This document shows positions 1-8,457 of a DNA stretch of 64,000 nucleotides, piece after piece. The notes beneath the pieces were generated by a model. It did not search any database and was not told the origin of the DNA. It saw nothing but the letters and a program-made list of their open reading frames with translations. The stretch spans positions 1,536,001 through 1,600,000 of the forward strand of contig CBDEUK010000002.1 of NCBI GenBank assembly GCA_965243205.1. Reading direction: 5' to 3'. The translations under genes were made by a program, and so were the position numbers. Source of the stretch: Gammaproteobacteria bacterium (GTDB lineage: Bacteria > Pseudomonadota > Gammaproteobacteria > Eutrophobiales > Eutrophobiaceae). Numbering within the stretch: position 1 is the stretch's first letter; each line of letters starts with the position of its first letter.

Positions 1-2
1 GG

Positions 3-662
3 GGCGCTGATCATCATGGTTATATTGCGCGCGTCCGTGCTGCATTAAAAGCACTAGGACAAGACGATGACAAACTCGATATTCTTTTAGTACAGTTTGT
101 ATCTCTGTTTCGTGGCAGCGAAAAAATCCAAATGTCTACGCGCTCTGGCCAGTTCATTACTTTAGAAGAACTGCGAGAAGATGTAGGAACAGATGCTACA
201 CGTTTTTTCTATGTTATGCGTAAGAGTGAACAACATCTGGATTTTGATTTAGAATTGGCTAAATCACGTAATAAAGAAAACCCTGTGTATTATATCCAAT
301 ACGCTCATGCGAGAATTTGCCGTTTACTGGAAAAACTTGAAAGTCAAGGTATCAAGATAGATATAAAAAATGATTTAGTTTTTTTACAAAACTTAATCGA
401 AAGCAAAGAAACCGAATTACTCAAAACACTTGCTAAATATCCTGAAACGATCCAAAAAGCGGCTATTCAATACGAACCTCACAACTTAGTTTATTACTTG
501 AAAGATTTGAGCAATGAGTTTCATACCTATTACGATACACATCGAATTCTTGACGAACCTGAAAACATACAAAAAGCACGTATCATTTTGTGTTTAGCTG
601 TGAAACAAATCATTCAAAATGGTTTGGGCTTGTTAGGTGTATCCGCCCCGGAGAGTATGTAG
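3..662 (+). CDS. argS: arginine--tRNA ligase, C-terminal part (5' end outside window)
   Basis: Frame is open from base 3 (GADHHGYIAR...QMSTRSG), followed by the DALR anticodon-binding domain NPVYYIQYAHARI and the C-terminus GVSAPESM. Confidence 0.97.
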   Translation, partial: GADHHGYIARVRAALKALGQDDDKLDILLVQFVSLFRGSEKIQMSTRSGQFITLEELREDVGTDATRFFYVMRKSEQHLDFDLELAKSRNKENPVYYIQYAHARICRLLEKLESQGIKIDIKNDLVFLQNLIESKETELLKTLAKYPETIQKAAIQYEPHNLVYYLKDLSNEFHTYYDTHRILDEPENIQKARIILCLAVKQIIQNGLGLLGVSAPESM

Positions 663-1279
663 TGCCTAGAGACTACAAAAACGGTTTAAGTAAACCTGAA
701 GAACAGTCATCGACTCCCAATGCTTTATTGACTTTTTTTATTGGGTTAACAGCAGGATTAACTCTTACTGCTGTTATATTTTTTATGATTAATTCAAATA
801 CACCTTCGACGGATATTGCAAAAATAAAACCTATTGAAAAAATAGAAGAAGAGGTTGTAACCGTTGAACCTGAGCCAGAAAAAATCAGTTTAAGTGAGTT
901 GGCTGAAAAGGAAAACCTTGAAGAACCAACGTATGAATTTTACAAAATTCTACCGAACCTTAAGATCAATGTTTCTGAATGGGAAGAGACACAGATGCCT
1001 GTTGAGGAATCTCAAACAACACAGTCTTCAGATAATATTGTGTATGTCTTACAAGTAGGTTCATTTCAAAAAATGGAAATGGCCGATCAAGTCAAAGCTA
1101 GATTGGCTTTATTAGGCATAAGTGCTGATATCCAGAGAGTGGTCATTAATGGCCAAGATGTGTTTCATCGAGTTCGAGTAGGACCATATAAAGACAACAA
1201 AAAACTTGAACAAACCAAAACCAGTCTTATAAACAATAATATGCCATTCGACTTATTAAAACTCTCAGTCAATCAATAA
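662..1279 (+). CDS. SPOR-domain cell division protein (FtsN-like)
   Basis: Likely GTG start overlapping the argS stop (MPRDYK), then a TM helix, the YEFYKILP motif and a C-terminal SPOR domain (LQVGSF...HRVRVGPY). argS-SPOR synteny is typical. The ORF-track start at 590 is probably too far upstream. Confidence 0.88.
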   Translation: MPRDYKNGLSKPEEQSSTPNALLTFFIGLTAGLTLTAVIFFMINSNTPSTDIAKIKPIEKIEEEVVTVEPEPEKISLSELAEKENLEEPTYEFYKILPNLKINVSEWEETQMPVEESQTTQSSDNIVYVLQVGSFQKMEMADQVKARLALLGISADIQRVVINGQDVFHRVRVGPYKDNKKLEQTKTSLINNNMPFDLLKLSVNQ

Positions 1280-1311
1280 GTTACGATTTAATCTTTTAAA
1301 TCAATAAGTTA
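1271..1311 (+). promoter_or_regulatory. two identical IHF-consensus sites (AATCAATAAGTTA x2)
   Basis: Exact 13-bp direct repeat at 1271-1283 and 1299-1311; each copy matches WATCAANNNNTTR. Confidence 0.5.
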
Positions 1312-1472
1312 TATTTTTTATAGTAACTATTTCACGAATTTACCCACAAAAAATCACTTGTAATTTAATCTTGTGCTAATATATATCGTTAATAAATTTA
1401 TTTATTTCAGAAACTTAGAAGATAAAACTAGAAAGAACCAAGGTTAGGTGCCCGAAAACGCACGGGGTATTA

Positions 1473-1880
1473 ATGTCGAAAAATCCGAAAATTCCTAAGC
1501 CAAAAATTGCTGTCGTAGAGAGCAATAAGTCCGCTTTAAAAATTCACGAACGCAGCGCTGAAAAACTCGGCATTGAACTTATCTCCTTTCTCTCCGCTGA
1601 AGATTCGATGGAATATTTAAAAGATAATAAACCGGATTTACTTTTTTTAAGTATTATTCTCCCCGATCAAGATGGACTCACTTTTTTACGCGAACTTCGT
1701 AATAACCCAATCCACACAGAAACGCCTGTTGTCATGATCACCTCAAAAGATTATGCTCAAGATAGAACTCTAGCTGAAGAATTAGGTGCAACTGAATTCT
1801 TAGTAAAACCTGTGCCAATTCAAGCTATTAGTGATGTGATTTGTAAGCACACCGATGCTGTGCAAATCAATCCAAATTAG
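1473..1880 (+). CDS. stand-alone receiver-domain protein, atypical (phospho-Asp replaced by Ser)
   Basis: CheY fold motifs are present (KPDLLFLSIILPDQDG, TPVVMIT, FLVKP), but the acidic pocket VVDD is VVESN and the phospho-Asp position is S. Confidence 0.85.
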   Translation: MSKNPKIPKPKIAVVESNKSALKIHERSAEKLGIELISFLSAEDSMEYLKDNKPDLLFLSIILPDQDGLTFLRELRNNPIHTETPVVMITSKDYAQDRTLAEELGATEFLVKPVPIQAISDVICKHTDAVQINPN

Positions 1881-1913
1881 TATCCAATAGATAAATATAA
1901 CTATAATTACATT

Positions 1914-2825
1914 ATGAGTGATCGATATCTTCGTTTCTGGGGGGTCAGGGGTTCCTATGCGGCACCTTTTCCTACACATGTAAAAGTCGGCGGTAACACT
2001 TCTTGTGTAGAAATCCGCGATGGCGATAATTTGTTAATTTGCGATGCAGGAACTGGGATTATTCCACTTGGCAATGAACTGATGAAACAAGATAACATCC
2101 GCGACATGATGGTTATCCTTACCCATTATCATTGGGATCACATCTGTGGCCTACCTTTTTTTGTACCTGCATTTTCACCCGATTGGAACATTACTTTCTT
2201 TGGTCCAGGCCGTTCAAAAGAAGATATAGAAAAACACTTTTCCGAGCAAATGAAAGCGCCATACTTTCCTGTTAGTACAGAGACATGGCTAGCGAATATC
2301 AATTATAAAGTGCCCGAGCGCGGACCAATTAACTGGGGACGGATTTCCTTTAAATTCAGCAGCGTGCATCATCCTGGCGTGACCTATGGTTACAGAATAA
2401 AAGTAGGCGATAAAACCGTTATTTATATTTCCGATAATGAATGTCTATTCCTCGAAAAATCCATCACCATGCAGTATCAAAGCTTTAATGAAACAGAGAA
2501 AGAAATTTATGATGAGATGAAAAAAGAGGAATACCAATCGGAAGTCGACTTAGTAAAAGATGCTGATATCTTGATCCACGATGCACAATACACATTAGCA
2601 GATTATCGAAAAAAACGTGGTTGGGGACACTCTTGTTATATCGATACTGTTACGCTTGCAATGGATGCTAATGTAAAAACACTATATCTATATCATCATG
2701 ATCCAAATTATGATGATATGGAATTGCATAAGATTCATTTACACGCCTTACAAATCATTAAAAAACGTGGCTCTGATCTAAAATGCCACATCGCCTGCGA
2801 AGGCATGCAAGTTGATCTGAGTTAA
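1914..2825 (+). CDS. MBL-fold metallo-hydrolase (RNase Z/PhnP-like phosphodiesterase family)
   Basis: Motifs FWGVRGS, GGNTSCVE, DAGTG, THYHWDH (HxHxDH), HDAQY, GWGHS and HHDP. Confidence 0.9.
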   Translation: MSDRYLRFWGVRGSYAAPFPTHVKVGGNTSCVEIRDGDNLLICDAGTGIIPLGNELMKQDNIRDMMVILTHYHWDHICGLPFFVPAFSPDWNITFFGPGRSKEDIEKHFSEQMKAPYFPVSTETWLANINYKVPERGPINWGRISFKFSSVHHPGVTYGYRIKVGDKTVIYISDNECLFLEKSITMQYQSFNETEKEIYDEMKKEEYQSEVDLVKDADILIHDAQYTLADYRKKRGWGHSCYIDTVTLAMDANVKTLYLYHHDPNYDDMELHKIHLHALQIIKKRGSDLKCHIACEGMQVDLS

Positions 2826-2844
2826 TAACTGTTCTCTTTGTATT

Positions 2845-3042
2845 ATGAATGTCGTTGTTAATGGCGAACCTAAAGAAGTAAATGATTCCATCACCATTAG
2901 TGAACTGCTTACGCTACTAGAAATTGACGGTAAGATAGCTGTTGAACTCAATCAAGAAATTCTTCCAAAGAACATGCATAGTTCAACTAAGCTCCGATCT
3001 AATGACCAAATAGAAATCGTTAACGCCATTGGTGGTGGTTAG
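2845..3042 (+). CDS. thiS: sulfur carrier protein ThiS
   Basis: 65 aa, ubiquitin-like, C-terminal GGG, directly upstream of thiG. Confidence 0.95.
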   Translation: MNVVVNGEPKEVNDSITISELLTLLEIDGKIAVELNQEILPKNMHSSTKLRSNDQIEIVNAIGGG

Positions 3043-3070
3043 TGGTAAGGGCTAACGATATACTTTTAAC

Positions 3071-3865
3071 ATGACTCAAAATAATTCAGAAGATACCTTA
3101 TTAATCGATAACAAACCCTATCAATCTCGTTTGCTGGTTGGTACTGGTAAATATAAAGATTTAGACGAAACTGCAAATGCTATAGAAGCCAGTGGTGCCG
3201 AGATTGTGACTGTAGCAATTCGTAGAACCAATATCGGACAAAACAAGGATGAACCGAATTTATTAGAGGTGATTCCGCCCGATAAATATACCATCCTACC
3301 CAACACCGCAGGTTGTTACGATACGGACTCAGCGGTTAGAACTTGCCGCTTGGCTCGTGAATTATTGGATGGTCATGATCTTGTGAAACTTGAAGTTTTA
3401 GGTGATCAAAAAACCTTATTTCCCGATATACCCGCAACCTTAGAAGCTGCTGAGATTTTAGTTAACGATGGTTTTAAAGTGATGGTCTATACGACCGATG
3501 ATCCTATCATAGCTAAACGTTTTGAAGAGATAGGCTGTGTTGCAGTGATGCCATTAGCCGCACCTATCGGTTCAGGTTTAGGTATTCGGAATCCTTACAA
3601 CATTCGAACAATTGTCGAAAATGCTTTGGTTCCAATCTTAGTCGATGCTGGCGTAGGCACTGCTTCGGACGCAGCCATCGCAATGGAATTAGGTTGTGAT
3701 GGAGTATTAATGAACACCGCTATTGCTGAAGCAAAAAATCCTATTTTAATGGCATCTGCTATGAAAAAAGGCATTGAAGCTGGCAGAGAAGCTTACCTAG
3801 CAGGTCGAATGCCTAGGCGTGCTTACGCAAGTGCATCATCACCTATCGACGGTACTTTCTTCTAA
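3071..3865 (+). CDS. thiG: thiazole synthase
   Basis: Motifs [34 protein letters not shown] and [10 protein letters not shown]. Confidence 0.98.
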   Translation: MTQNNSEDTLLIDNKPYQSRLLVGTGKYKDLDETANAIEASGAEIVTVAIRRTNIGQNKDEPNLLEVIPPDKYTILPNTAGCYDTDSAVRTCRLARELLDGHDLVKLEVLGDQKTLFPDIPATLEAAEILVNDGFKVMVYTTDDPIIAKRFEEIGCVAVMPLAAPIGSGLGIRNPYNIRTIVENALVPILVDAGVGTASDAAIAMELGCDGVLMNTAIAEAKNPILMASAMKKGIEAGREAYLAGRMPRRAYASASSPIDGTFF

Positions 3866-3876
3866 ACGCTTTTCTT

Positions 3877-4575
3877 ATGAGCGAAATACCAGCTCAACGC
3901 AGAGCTATACGAAGCTTTGTCAAACGTGATAGCCGCATCACATCTGCTCAAAAAGAAGCCATAGAACAACACTGGGAAACTTATGGAGTCGATTTCACTG
4001 CAAAGCCTATAAATCTACGAGATATCTATAATCGTACTGCCCCTAAAATTCTAGATATAGGCACCGGTATGGGTGATAGCACTCTTAGCTTGGCACAACT
4101 ACACCCGGAAAATGACTATCTCGCAGTTGAAGTTCATTTGCCTGGCGTTGGTAGTCTGATTCATAAGGCAGAAAAGTTACAACTTTCTAACATACGAATT
4201 ATTAATCGAGATATTCTAGATATATTGGAACATCAATTAGAAAATAATTCTCTCGATGAAATATGTATTTTCTTCCCTGATCCTTGGCATAAAAAACGTC
4301 ATCATAAAAGACGACTGATCAATATAGAATTTTTTCAGCTATTGTTAACTGTATTGAAACCCCACGGCCGAATCTTCATCGCAACTGACTGGCAGGATTA
4401 TGCAGAACATATTCTTGAAGCTAGCCGCAAAGTAAATGGGTTAATCAACCTTAGTGGAAATAACCAATTTGCTCCGAGACCTTATTGGCGGCCATTAACA
4501 AAATTCGAAAAAAGAGGAATAAATTTAGAACACGAGGTCTGGGATTTGGTATTTTGTAAGAAAAACAATGCTTAA
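3877..4575 (+). CDS. trmB: tRNA (guanine-N7)-methyltransferase
   Basis: Motifs IRSFVKR, LDIGTGMG, FFPDPWHKKRHHKRRL, ATDWQDYA and TKFEKRG; thiG-trmB synteny. Confidence 0.97.
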   Translation: MSEIPAQRRAIRSFVKRDSRITSAQKEAIEQHWETYGVDFTAKPINLRDIYNRTAPKILDIGTGMGDSTLSLAQLHPENDYLAVEVHLPGVGSLIHKAEKLQLSNIRIINRDILDILEHQLENNSLDEICIFFPDPWHKKRHHKRRLINIEFFQLLLTVLKPHGRIFIATDWQDYAEHILEASRKVNGLINLSGNNQFAPRPYWRPLTKFEKRGINLEHEVWDLVFCKKNNA

Positions 4576-4720
4576 AAATAGAGTGTTTCTGGTAAGCATT
4601 TCCAATTACTTCCACCAGAAACACAATTTCCTTTTCCAGTACAATCCTATTACTGGCAATCGTCCAAACTATTTGGATTAAATAGTTTCCTTACCTCATA
4701 CAAAGAAGGAGCTACTACCT
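4576..4720 (-). ncRNA. candidate GGA-rich structured small RNA (CsrB/RsmY/Z-like or base-pairing sRNA)
   Basis: The minus strand has 7 GGA motifs and consecutive hairpins (TCCAAA/TTTGGA; CCAGTA-ATAGGATTG-TACTGG). A terminal 11-bp stem GTGTTTCTGGT/ACCAGAAACAC is followed by TCTATTTTT. A -10-like GATAAT lies at 4733-4728. Confidence 0.5.
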
Positions 4721-4756
4721 GATAACTATTATCAATAAAATTTTTATCACTTTATA

Positions 4757-4772
4757 TAGCTCTAAAGTACTA
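4757..4772. promoter_or_regulatory. imperfect palindromic box, putative binding site of the adjacent NarL/LuxR regulator
   Basis: TAGCTCTAAAGTACTA. A 12/16 identical copy, TAATTCTAAATGACTA, lies at 5528-5543 just upstream of the TonB-dependent receptor gene. Confidence 0.4.
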
Positions 4773-4782
4773 TTTTCAGTCG

Positions 4783-4811
4783 TTGACTAAACATGCCATG
4801 CTGTATTTAAT
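4783..4811 (+). promoter_or_regulatory. sigma70 promoter of the regulator-TBDR-SBP-kinase operon
   Basis: TTGACT-17 bp-TTTAAT upstream of the ATG at 4865. Confidence 0.55.
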
Positions 4812-4864
4812 TTAATATTTACCGAAAGTATATCCATGTTTTATCTATATTTTGAGCACAGTAG

Positions 4865-5530
4865 ATGATTACACAACACAGTAAACTTGTAATTGCTGAT
4901 GATCATGCCTTAATGCGTATGGCATTAAATGATTTAGTCAAAGACTTCTTACCTGAAGAAAATATTATTCAAATAGAAACACCTGAAACAATTATTGATA
5001 TTGTTAAATCTGATCCAGCAATTTCAACCATCCTGTTAGATTTATTTATGCCTGGGCAAGATATATTTTTGCTGCTATCAAAGCTTCTTGGTTTTAACCC
5101 AAAACTAACAGTCGTAGTAATCTCAGCCTCTGAAAAAAAACAACACATACGAAAAGCGTTAGAATTAGGTGCTAAAGGTTATATTCCAAAATCTTCTGAT
5201 ATGGAAACAATAAAAAATGCTCTAGCTAAAATCTTTACTGGAGAAAGTTACATTCCTAATTTAGAAGTGCACGAAGAAGAAACATTTGATGAAAGCTATG
5301 TACTAGAAAATACTAAAGCTTTCACCGCAGACCAAATAGAAACTTTATTAACGGATAGACAACTACAAATCTTCCAACTACTGGGGCAAGGAAAAAGTAA
5401 TAAAGAAATTGCAGCTAGAATGTATATTTCGATTAATACTGTAAAAATTCACGTTAGCGCTATTTTAAACTCACTTCAGCTTGAAAATCGTGCTCAAGCA
5501 GGCATTATTTCTCGTTCTATTTATCATTAA
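4865..5530 (+). CDS. NarL/LuxR-family DNA-binding response regulator
   Basis: REC domain (IADDH, LLDLFMP, GYIPK) plus a LuxR HTH (LTDRQLQIFQLLGQGKSNKEIA...TVKIHVSAI). Confidence 0.95.
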   Translation: MITQHSKLVIADDHALMRMALNDLVKDFLPEENIIQIETPETIIDIVKSDPAISTILLDLFMPGQDIFLLLSKLLGFNPKLTVVVISASEKKQHIRKALELGAKGYIPKSSDMETIKNALAKIFTGESYIPNLEVHEEETFDESYVLENTKAFTADQIETLLTDRQLQIFQLLGQGKSNKEIAARMYISINTVKIHVSAILNSLQLENRAQAGIISRSIYH

Positions 5531-5549
5531 TTCTAAATGACTATAAGAA

Positions 5550-7544
5550 ATGAAAATTACTCGCCTAATAAACAGTATAACTGCCATTATAATTCCGCTT
5601 TATATCACCTTATTAATCATTACTCGACCACTTAATGCTGAAGAATCAACCGATTATAGCGAGGATTTATTTTTCTCAGAGCCTCCATTAATCACTGACG
5701 CCTCACGTTTCTCCCAAAAACAAAAAGATTCAACTGTTTCTACTTCAGTGATTGATCAAGAAATGATCATGGCCTCAGGAGCCATTAATATTGTTGACTT
5801 ATTAAGACTCGTTCCAGGCTTTCAAGTCAGCCATGTTGATGGTGGAAATTTTTTAGCTTCCTATCATGGTTTAGCAAATGAAAACCCGTTCAGATTAGAG
5901 GTAAGAATTAACGGATTTACAGTCAATAATCAATTTACTGATGGCACTGTATGGCAAGCCTTAGGTATTGAAATTGAAGACATCGATCATATCGAAATAA
6001 CACGTGGTTCTAATTCATCAAATTTTGGATTTAATTCGCTCATTGCAAGTATTAACATCATTACGAAATCACCATTAAAAGAACAAGGGACTCAATTAAG
6101 GGCACTTGGTGGAAGTGCTGATACACAAGGATATTTATTAAGGCATGCGGGTAATATTGGTTCTGTTTATTTCAGAGGCGGATTTGATTATAAAAAATCC
6201 AGTGGCTTTGATGCTATTGATGATGATACTGATATTTATCAAGCATCTTTTAAATCGTATTATGCACCAACTCTTCAAGATGAAATTGAATATGAGTTTA
6301 CCTATCACACTGGATTAAATACCTTCGTTGATTTTGAAGAAGGCATTCCTGGCAGTGTTCGTAGAAATAAAACCATGCGACATTCAGTCTCATGGGATCA
6401 TGATTATAGTGGCAGTGATCATTTTCAGGTTCAAGCAACTTATGATCAATTCATTTCAGATTCAGATGATGTTCTAGTTTCACAAAATCCTTTATTACCA
6501 CTTACATCAAGAATTGGTGAACTAGAAGCAAACCGCTTTGATCTAGAAACCTCTTTTTTTAATCAACTTAATAATTCTGTTGAATGGTTATTTGGTGGAG
6601 GTGTACGACATTCAAATATTGATGGTGACACTGTATTACAAGGCAATCAAAGTTCTGTTTCCAGAACCAGTTACCGACTTTTCACAGGTATTAATTGGAA
6701 TATTTCTCAATCATTAAAATTCGAAAGCAGTGTTCTAATTTTTGATTCCAATATTGATGAATTCTCTATCTCTCCTAGAGCAGGCATCAATTATAAATTA
6801 TCACCTAACCATATCCTCAGAAGCAGTATTGCGTATTCGGAACGTTCTCCTGGATTATTAACTCAACATCAGTTTAGCCAGGATCCCAATGCAAACTTTA
6901 TATTTACCTCAGTAATTCCAAATCTTAGCAATGAAAAGCTTATTAGTGCTGATGTAGGCTATCGAGGAATATTTTTTAAATCAAAAATCATCTCTGACTT
7001 AAGAATTTTCTTTGAAAGTTTAAGAGATGGTATAGGTACTACAAGATTTGATCCAAATGGCTTAGGGGCATTATTTGGATCAGGTACCGCAGAAATAACA
7101 AATAATGAGCTTGATGCGAACACTTATGGTATTGAAACTGAAATAAAATATCGAATCAACCCGCAAGCCTTTATTCATTTAAATTACAGTTATGCCAATT
7201 CAAATGGATCCTTTGTTGAAGATAGTTTTAACAATACTATTGGTACTCTCGATAAAAGAACGCCAAAACATACCTTAGGTATTTTAGCCAGCCATCAATT
7301 TCAATACGGTTTTTTTGCCAGCACAGCTTATTATTATCAATCAGATTTACAATGGTTTGGCAATGATCAAAGAACAGCTTCTTACGATCGTTTAGATCTA
7401 AGACTAGGAAAAAATACAAAATTTTATGGTAAAGAAATAAATATAGAATTTTTATTGCAAAACCTATTAGATGATTATATTGAACACAGAGTAGGAAATG
7501 TGTTTGATACTCGAGCTTTTTTAAGGCTTGAACTGGAACTATAG
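5550..7544 (+). CDS. TonB-dependent receptor (plug + beta-barrel)
   Basis: Signal peptide, plug motifs (DLLRLVPGFQV, IDHIEITRGSNS, INIITK) and barrel end motifs (NLLDDY, C-terminal LRLELEL). Confidence 0.9.
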   Translation: MKITRLINSITAIIIPLYITLLIITRPLNAEESTDYSEDLFFSEPPLITDASRFSQKQKDSTVSTSVIDQEMIMASGAINIVDLLRLVPGFQVSHVDGGNFLASYHGLANENPFRLEVRINGFTVNNQFTDGTVWQALGIEIEDIDHIEITRGSNSSNFGFNSLIASINIITKSPLKEQGTQLRALGGSADTQGYLLRHAGNIGSVYFRGGFDYKKSSGFDAIDDDTDIYQASFKSYYAPTLQDEIEYEFTYHTGLNTFVDFEEGIPGSVRRNKTMRHSVSWDHDYSGSDHFQVQATYDQFISDSDDVLVSQNPLLPLTSRIGELEANRFDLETSFFNQLNNSVEWLFGGGVRHSNIDGDTVLQGNQSSVSRTSYRLFTGINWNISQSLKFESSVLIFDSNIDEFSISPRAGINYKLSPNHILRSSIAYSERSPGLLTQHQFSQDPNANFIFTSVIPNLSNEKLISADVGYRGIFFKSKIISDLRIFFESLRDGIGTTRFDPNGLGALFGSGTAEITNNELDANTYGIETEIKYRINPQAFIHLNYSYANSNGSFVEDSFNNTIGTLDKRTPKHTLGILASHQFQYGFFASTAYYYQSDLQWFGNDQRTASYDRLDLRLGKNTKFYGKEINIEFLLQNLLDDYIEHRVGNVFDTRAFLRLELEL

Positions 7545-7549
7545 TTCCC

Positions 7550-8455
7550 ATGAAAAGAATAAAATATATTTTATATTTTATTTTATTCCCGATATATATA
7601 TTGGCGCATCCATCTTTTGCATCTGAAATAAAAATAAGCCTTTTAATTTCTGATAACCCGCAAAGCCAATACGTTGCAAAAAAACTTCAATCAAAATTTT
7701 TCAGATCCGAAGAGAGTGTATCAATTGAAATTTCTAATATAAAAGATAAATTTTATACGAGTAATAACGATACTAGTTTAATTGTAAGTGTAGGCACAAA
7801 ATCTACAAATATTATATTTAATAACGATTCAAAAATACCAATATATAGCCTAATGGTGCCACGCGATATATATAATAATTTAATCAGCACCAAACAGTTA
7901 AAAAATCAATATTCTGCTTTATATCTCGATCAGCCATTTGAACGATATTTATTGTTACTTAAAAAACTCATGCCGAATGCTAAACGTATCGGGATCTTCA
8001 CTAATAACAATTTATCTGGAGAAAAAAGTTCTTATGAACTGATTGCCAAAGAATTAGATTTTGAACTGTTCATAAAACCAATTAATACGAACGAAAACCC
8101 TATTAACGAAATCAATCAATTATTCTCTAAAGTCGATGCAGTCTTGCTTCTACCAGAAAAAATAATTAATCAACTATCTGCAAAATGGATACTTTTCTCA
8201 GCTTTTCGAAATCAGAAACCTGTGGTTGGCTTCTCTAAAAAATTTCTCGATGCTGGAGCATTAGCGAGTATCCATAGTAACCTAGATGATCTTGTTGAAG
8301 AAGCATACCATGATATTTTATATTTTTTAGATAATAAAAAATTCAAAAATAACGCACATTATCCGAAAAGATATGAAATCAAGATTAATGAATCCGTTTC
8401 AAGAACGCTAAACTTATCGATAGATAAGAATAGTTTAATTATTGATGATTTTTAA
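7550..8455 (+). CDS. periplasmic ABC-type substrate-binding-like protein (ABC_sub_bind/YfiR-like), no cognate permease nearby
   Basis: Signal peptide; motifs SALYLDQPFERY, MPNAKRIGI, PVVGFSKKFLDAGALASI and INESVSRTLNL. Confidence 0.8.
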   Translation: MKRIKYILYFILFPIYILAHPSFASEIKISLLISDNPQSQYVAKKLQSKFFRSEESVSIEISNIKDKFYTSNNDTSLIVSVGTKSTNIIFNNDSKIPIYSLMVPRDIYNNLISTKQLKNQYSALYLDQPFERYLLLLKKLMPNAKRIGIFTNNNLSGEKSSYELIAKELDFELFIKPINTNENPINEINQLFSKVDAVLLLPEKIINQLSAKWILFSAFRNQKPVVGFSKKFLDAGALASIHSNLDDLVEEAYHDILYFLDNKKFKNNAHYPKRYEIKINESVSRTLNLSIDKNSLIIDDF

Positions 8456-8457
8456 TC

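Noticed and set aside
590-661. N-terminal extension of the SPOR ORF in the track
   Set aside because: It overlaps argS; GTG at 662 gives the family-typical MPRDYK start.
2826-2844. Possible TPP riboswitch before thiS-thiG
   Set aside because: The spacer is only 19 bp, and no TPP aptamer motif was seen upstream.
4730-4864. Canonical GacA/UvrY box and calling the pair barA/uvrY
   Set aside because: TGTAAG-N6-CTTACA was not seen, the regulator does not look like a GacA ortholog, and the kinase is shorter than BarA. Gene symbols were withheld.
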